The position numbers were made by a program, and so were the translations under genes. A model generated the notes under the pieces. It was not told the DNA's origin. It saw only the letters and a list, made by a program, of their open reading frames with translations, and ran no database searches. Shown here in pieces: positions 35,756 to 36,957 of a stretch of DNA of 36,957 nucleotides (position 1 is its first letter; each line of letters begins with the position of its first letter). The DNA is from Candidatus Hadarchaeum sp. (lineage in GTDB: Archaea > Hadarchaeota > Hadarchaeia > Hadarchaeales > Hadarchaeaceae). The stretch is taken from contig NZ_JAVZIN010000012.1 of NCBI RefSeq assembly GCF_038871235.1, positions 1 to 36,957 of the forward strand, read 5' to 3'.

Positions 35756-36957
35756 TCACCACCCGGTCTTTCTGGGCCACCTATGTTTCTTGATAATCGG
35801 CTCGGCTATTACTAGTGTGTTTGGCTGAACGTCTTCATAGACAACCGCACCTGGGCCGACCGCGGCGTTCGGGCCTATCTTGACTCCAGGGTTTATCATG
35901 GAATTAACTCCTGTCTTAACATCGTCTCCGATCACGGTCCCGAGCTTCTTTCTCCCCGTGTTGATGATTCTTCCGCTGACTTTCATCTTGACCGCGCTTT
36001 CATCAAGCCGCAGATTAGCGATAGTGGTACCAGCACCCAAGTTACATCTACTGCCGATGATGCTGTCCCCGACATAGGAAAGATGGGCCACGTTGGTGTG
36101 GTCCATGATGATGCTATTCTTTATCTCCACCCCGTTGCCAATTCTAACGTGATCACCAACGCTGGTAGAGGGACGGATGAAGCAATTGGGGCCGATGTCG
36201 CAGTTCTTACCAATGTAAGTAGGTCCTTCGATGTAGGACCCGGATCTTATCCTTGTCCCCTCACCCACATAGACGTTCGATTCAATATAAACGCCGTGCT
36301 CAATTTTCCCGTGGATTTCACCCTTTAGGTCCCGGAGGAAGTATTCATTAGCCACCAACAAATCCCAAGGCCTTCCGATGTCGGCCCATAACTCCAGAGG
36401 TGATGTAAAGACCTCCCCTCCTTCGTCTATCATTATCTGAATCGAAGTGGTAATCTCATACTCTCCGCGTTTAGATTTTTTCGTCCTCCTTATGGCGTCA
36501 AATATCCTAGAGTCAAAGATGTATATTCCAGCGTTGGCCAACCTGCTCTTCACGCGCTTGGGCTTCTCGACGATTTCGGTTACCTTATTTTCCTTCACAA
36601 AAACAATACCAAACTGGGCTGGATCCTCAACCTCAATGGTTCCCATAAGGCAGGAAAAGTTTTTTCTACTGCTCAGCTCATGATACCGAGCAATAAACAC
36701 GTTTAGAGATTCTTGGTCAACCAGCGTGTCTCCATTCATAACCATAAAACGCTCCCCGCTCACAAAATCCTCGGCCAGCGAAACGGCATTGGCGGTCCCA
36801 AGCAGTTCCTTCTGGTGCAGGTACTCCACACGAACGCCGAAGCTTGAGCCGTCACCATATCGCTCCATTATCTGGTCCTTGCCGAAGCCAACGACCATCG
36901 CAATCCTGCTCACTCCTGCGTTGCGGAGAAGCGATACCACGTGATCCAGAGCGGGCT
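35756..36957 (-). CDS. Bifunctional sugar-1-phosphate nucleotidyltransferase/acetyltransferase (GlmU-like), 5' end outside window
   Basis: LGTANA, NGD, EKP, NAGIY, RGEYEIT, WADIGRPWDLL, hexapeptide repeats, HLSYVGDS. The N-terminal LAAG motif lies off-window. Confidence 0.9.
   Translation of the reverse strand, partial: PALDHVVSLLRNAGVSRIAMVVGFGKDQIMERYGDGSSFGVRVEYLHQKELLGTANAVSLAEDFVSGERFMVMNGDTLVDQESLNVFIARYHELSSRKNFSCLMGTIEVEDPAQFGIVFVKENKVTEIVEKPKRVKSRLANAGIYIFDSRIFDAIRRTKKSKRGEYEITTSIQIMIDEGGEVFTSPLELWADIGRPWDLLVANEYFLRDLKGEIHGKIEHGVYIESNVYVGEGTRIRSGSYIEGPTYIGKNCDIGPNCFIRPSTSVGDHVRIGNGVEIKNSIIMDHTNVAHLSYVGDSIIGSRCNLGAGTTIANLRLDESAVKMKVSGRIINTGRKKLGTVIGDDVKTGVNSMINPGVKIGPNAAVGPGAVVYEDVQPNTLVIAEPIIKKHRWPRKTGW

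Noticed and set aside
1-36957. CRISPR arrays, rRNA genes and the many short antisense/overlapping ORFs in the track
   Set aside because: No regularly spaced repeats or rRNA-like sequence seen; the short ORFs are shadows of well-supported genes.

Overview
Archaeal chromosomal DNA. The SepRS gene, exosome/proteasome superoperon and doubly intron-containing tRNA suggest an uncultured euryarchaeote-related lineage such as Hadarchaeota (inference only). Left part (~0.36-14.9 kb): a ten-plus-gene accessory cluster for nucleobase/N-heterocycle catabolism, comprising a CodA-like deaminase, cyclase/KynB-like hydrolase, three-subunit xanthine-dehydrogenase-family enzyme, MoaD-like carrier, adenine-deaminase-like enzyme, enolase paralog, glycerate-2-kinase paralog, cyclic amidohydrolase, nitroreductase and PreA-like dehydrogenase. 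Most of these enzymes carry substitutions at otherwise conserved active-site motifs, pointing to an undescribed pathway, possibly ending in a kinase + enolase-like elimination to PEP. A complete 1033-bp IS5-like element (15-bp IRs, 9-bp TSD) sits in the last codons of preA, followed by tRNA-Lys(CTT) with two introns. Middle (16.3-22.3 kb): sua5, a 7TM-DUF835 sensor, a wHTH-LigD-Pol primase-polymerase, a small Zn-finger, an endonuclease V lacking a catalytic Asp, a TIM-barrel protein and two small pseudogenes. Right part (22.3-37 kb, all minus strand): glmU-like, DUF2095, ychF, serA-like, then rpl15e-DUF54-pop5-psmA-sdo1-rrp4-rrp41-rrp42-rpl37ae-rpoP-brix-pcc1-pfdB-DHH-taw1-translin-sepS, with rpp30 missing from its usual slot. 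All family assignments come from motif recognition by eye; no searches were run.
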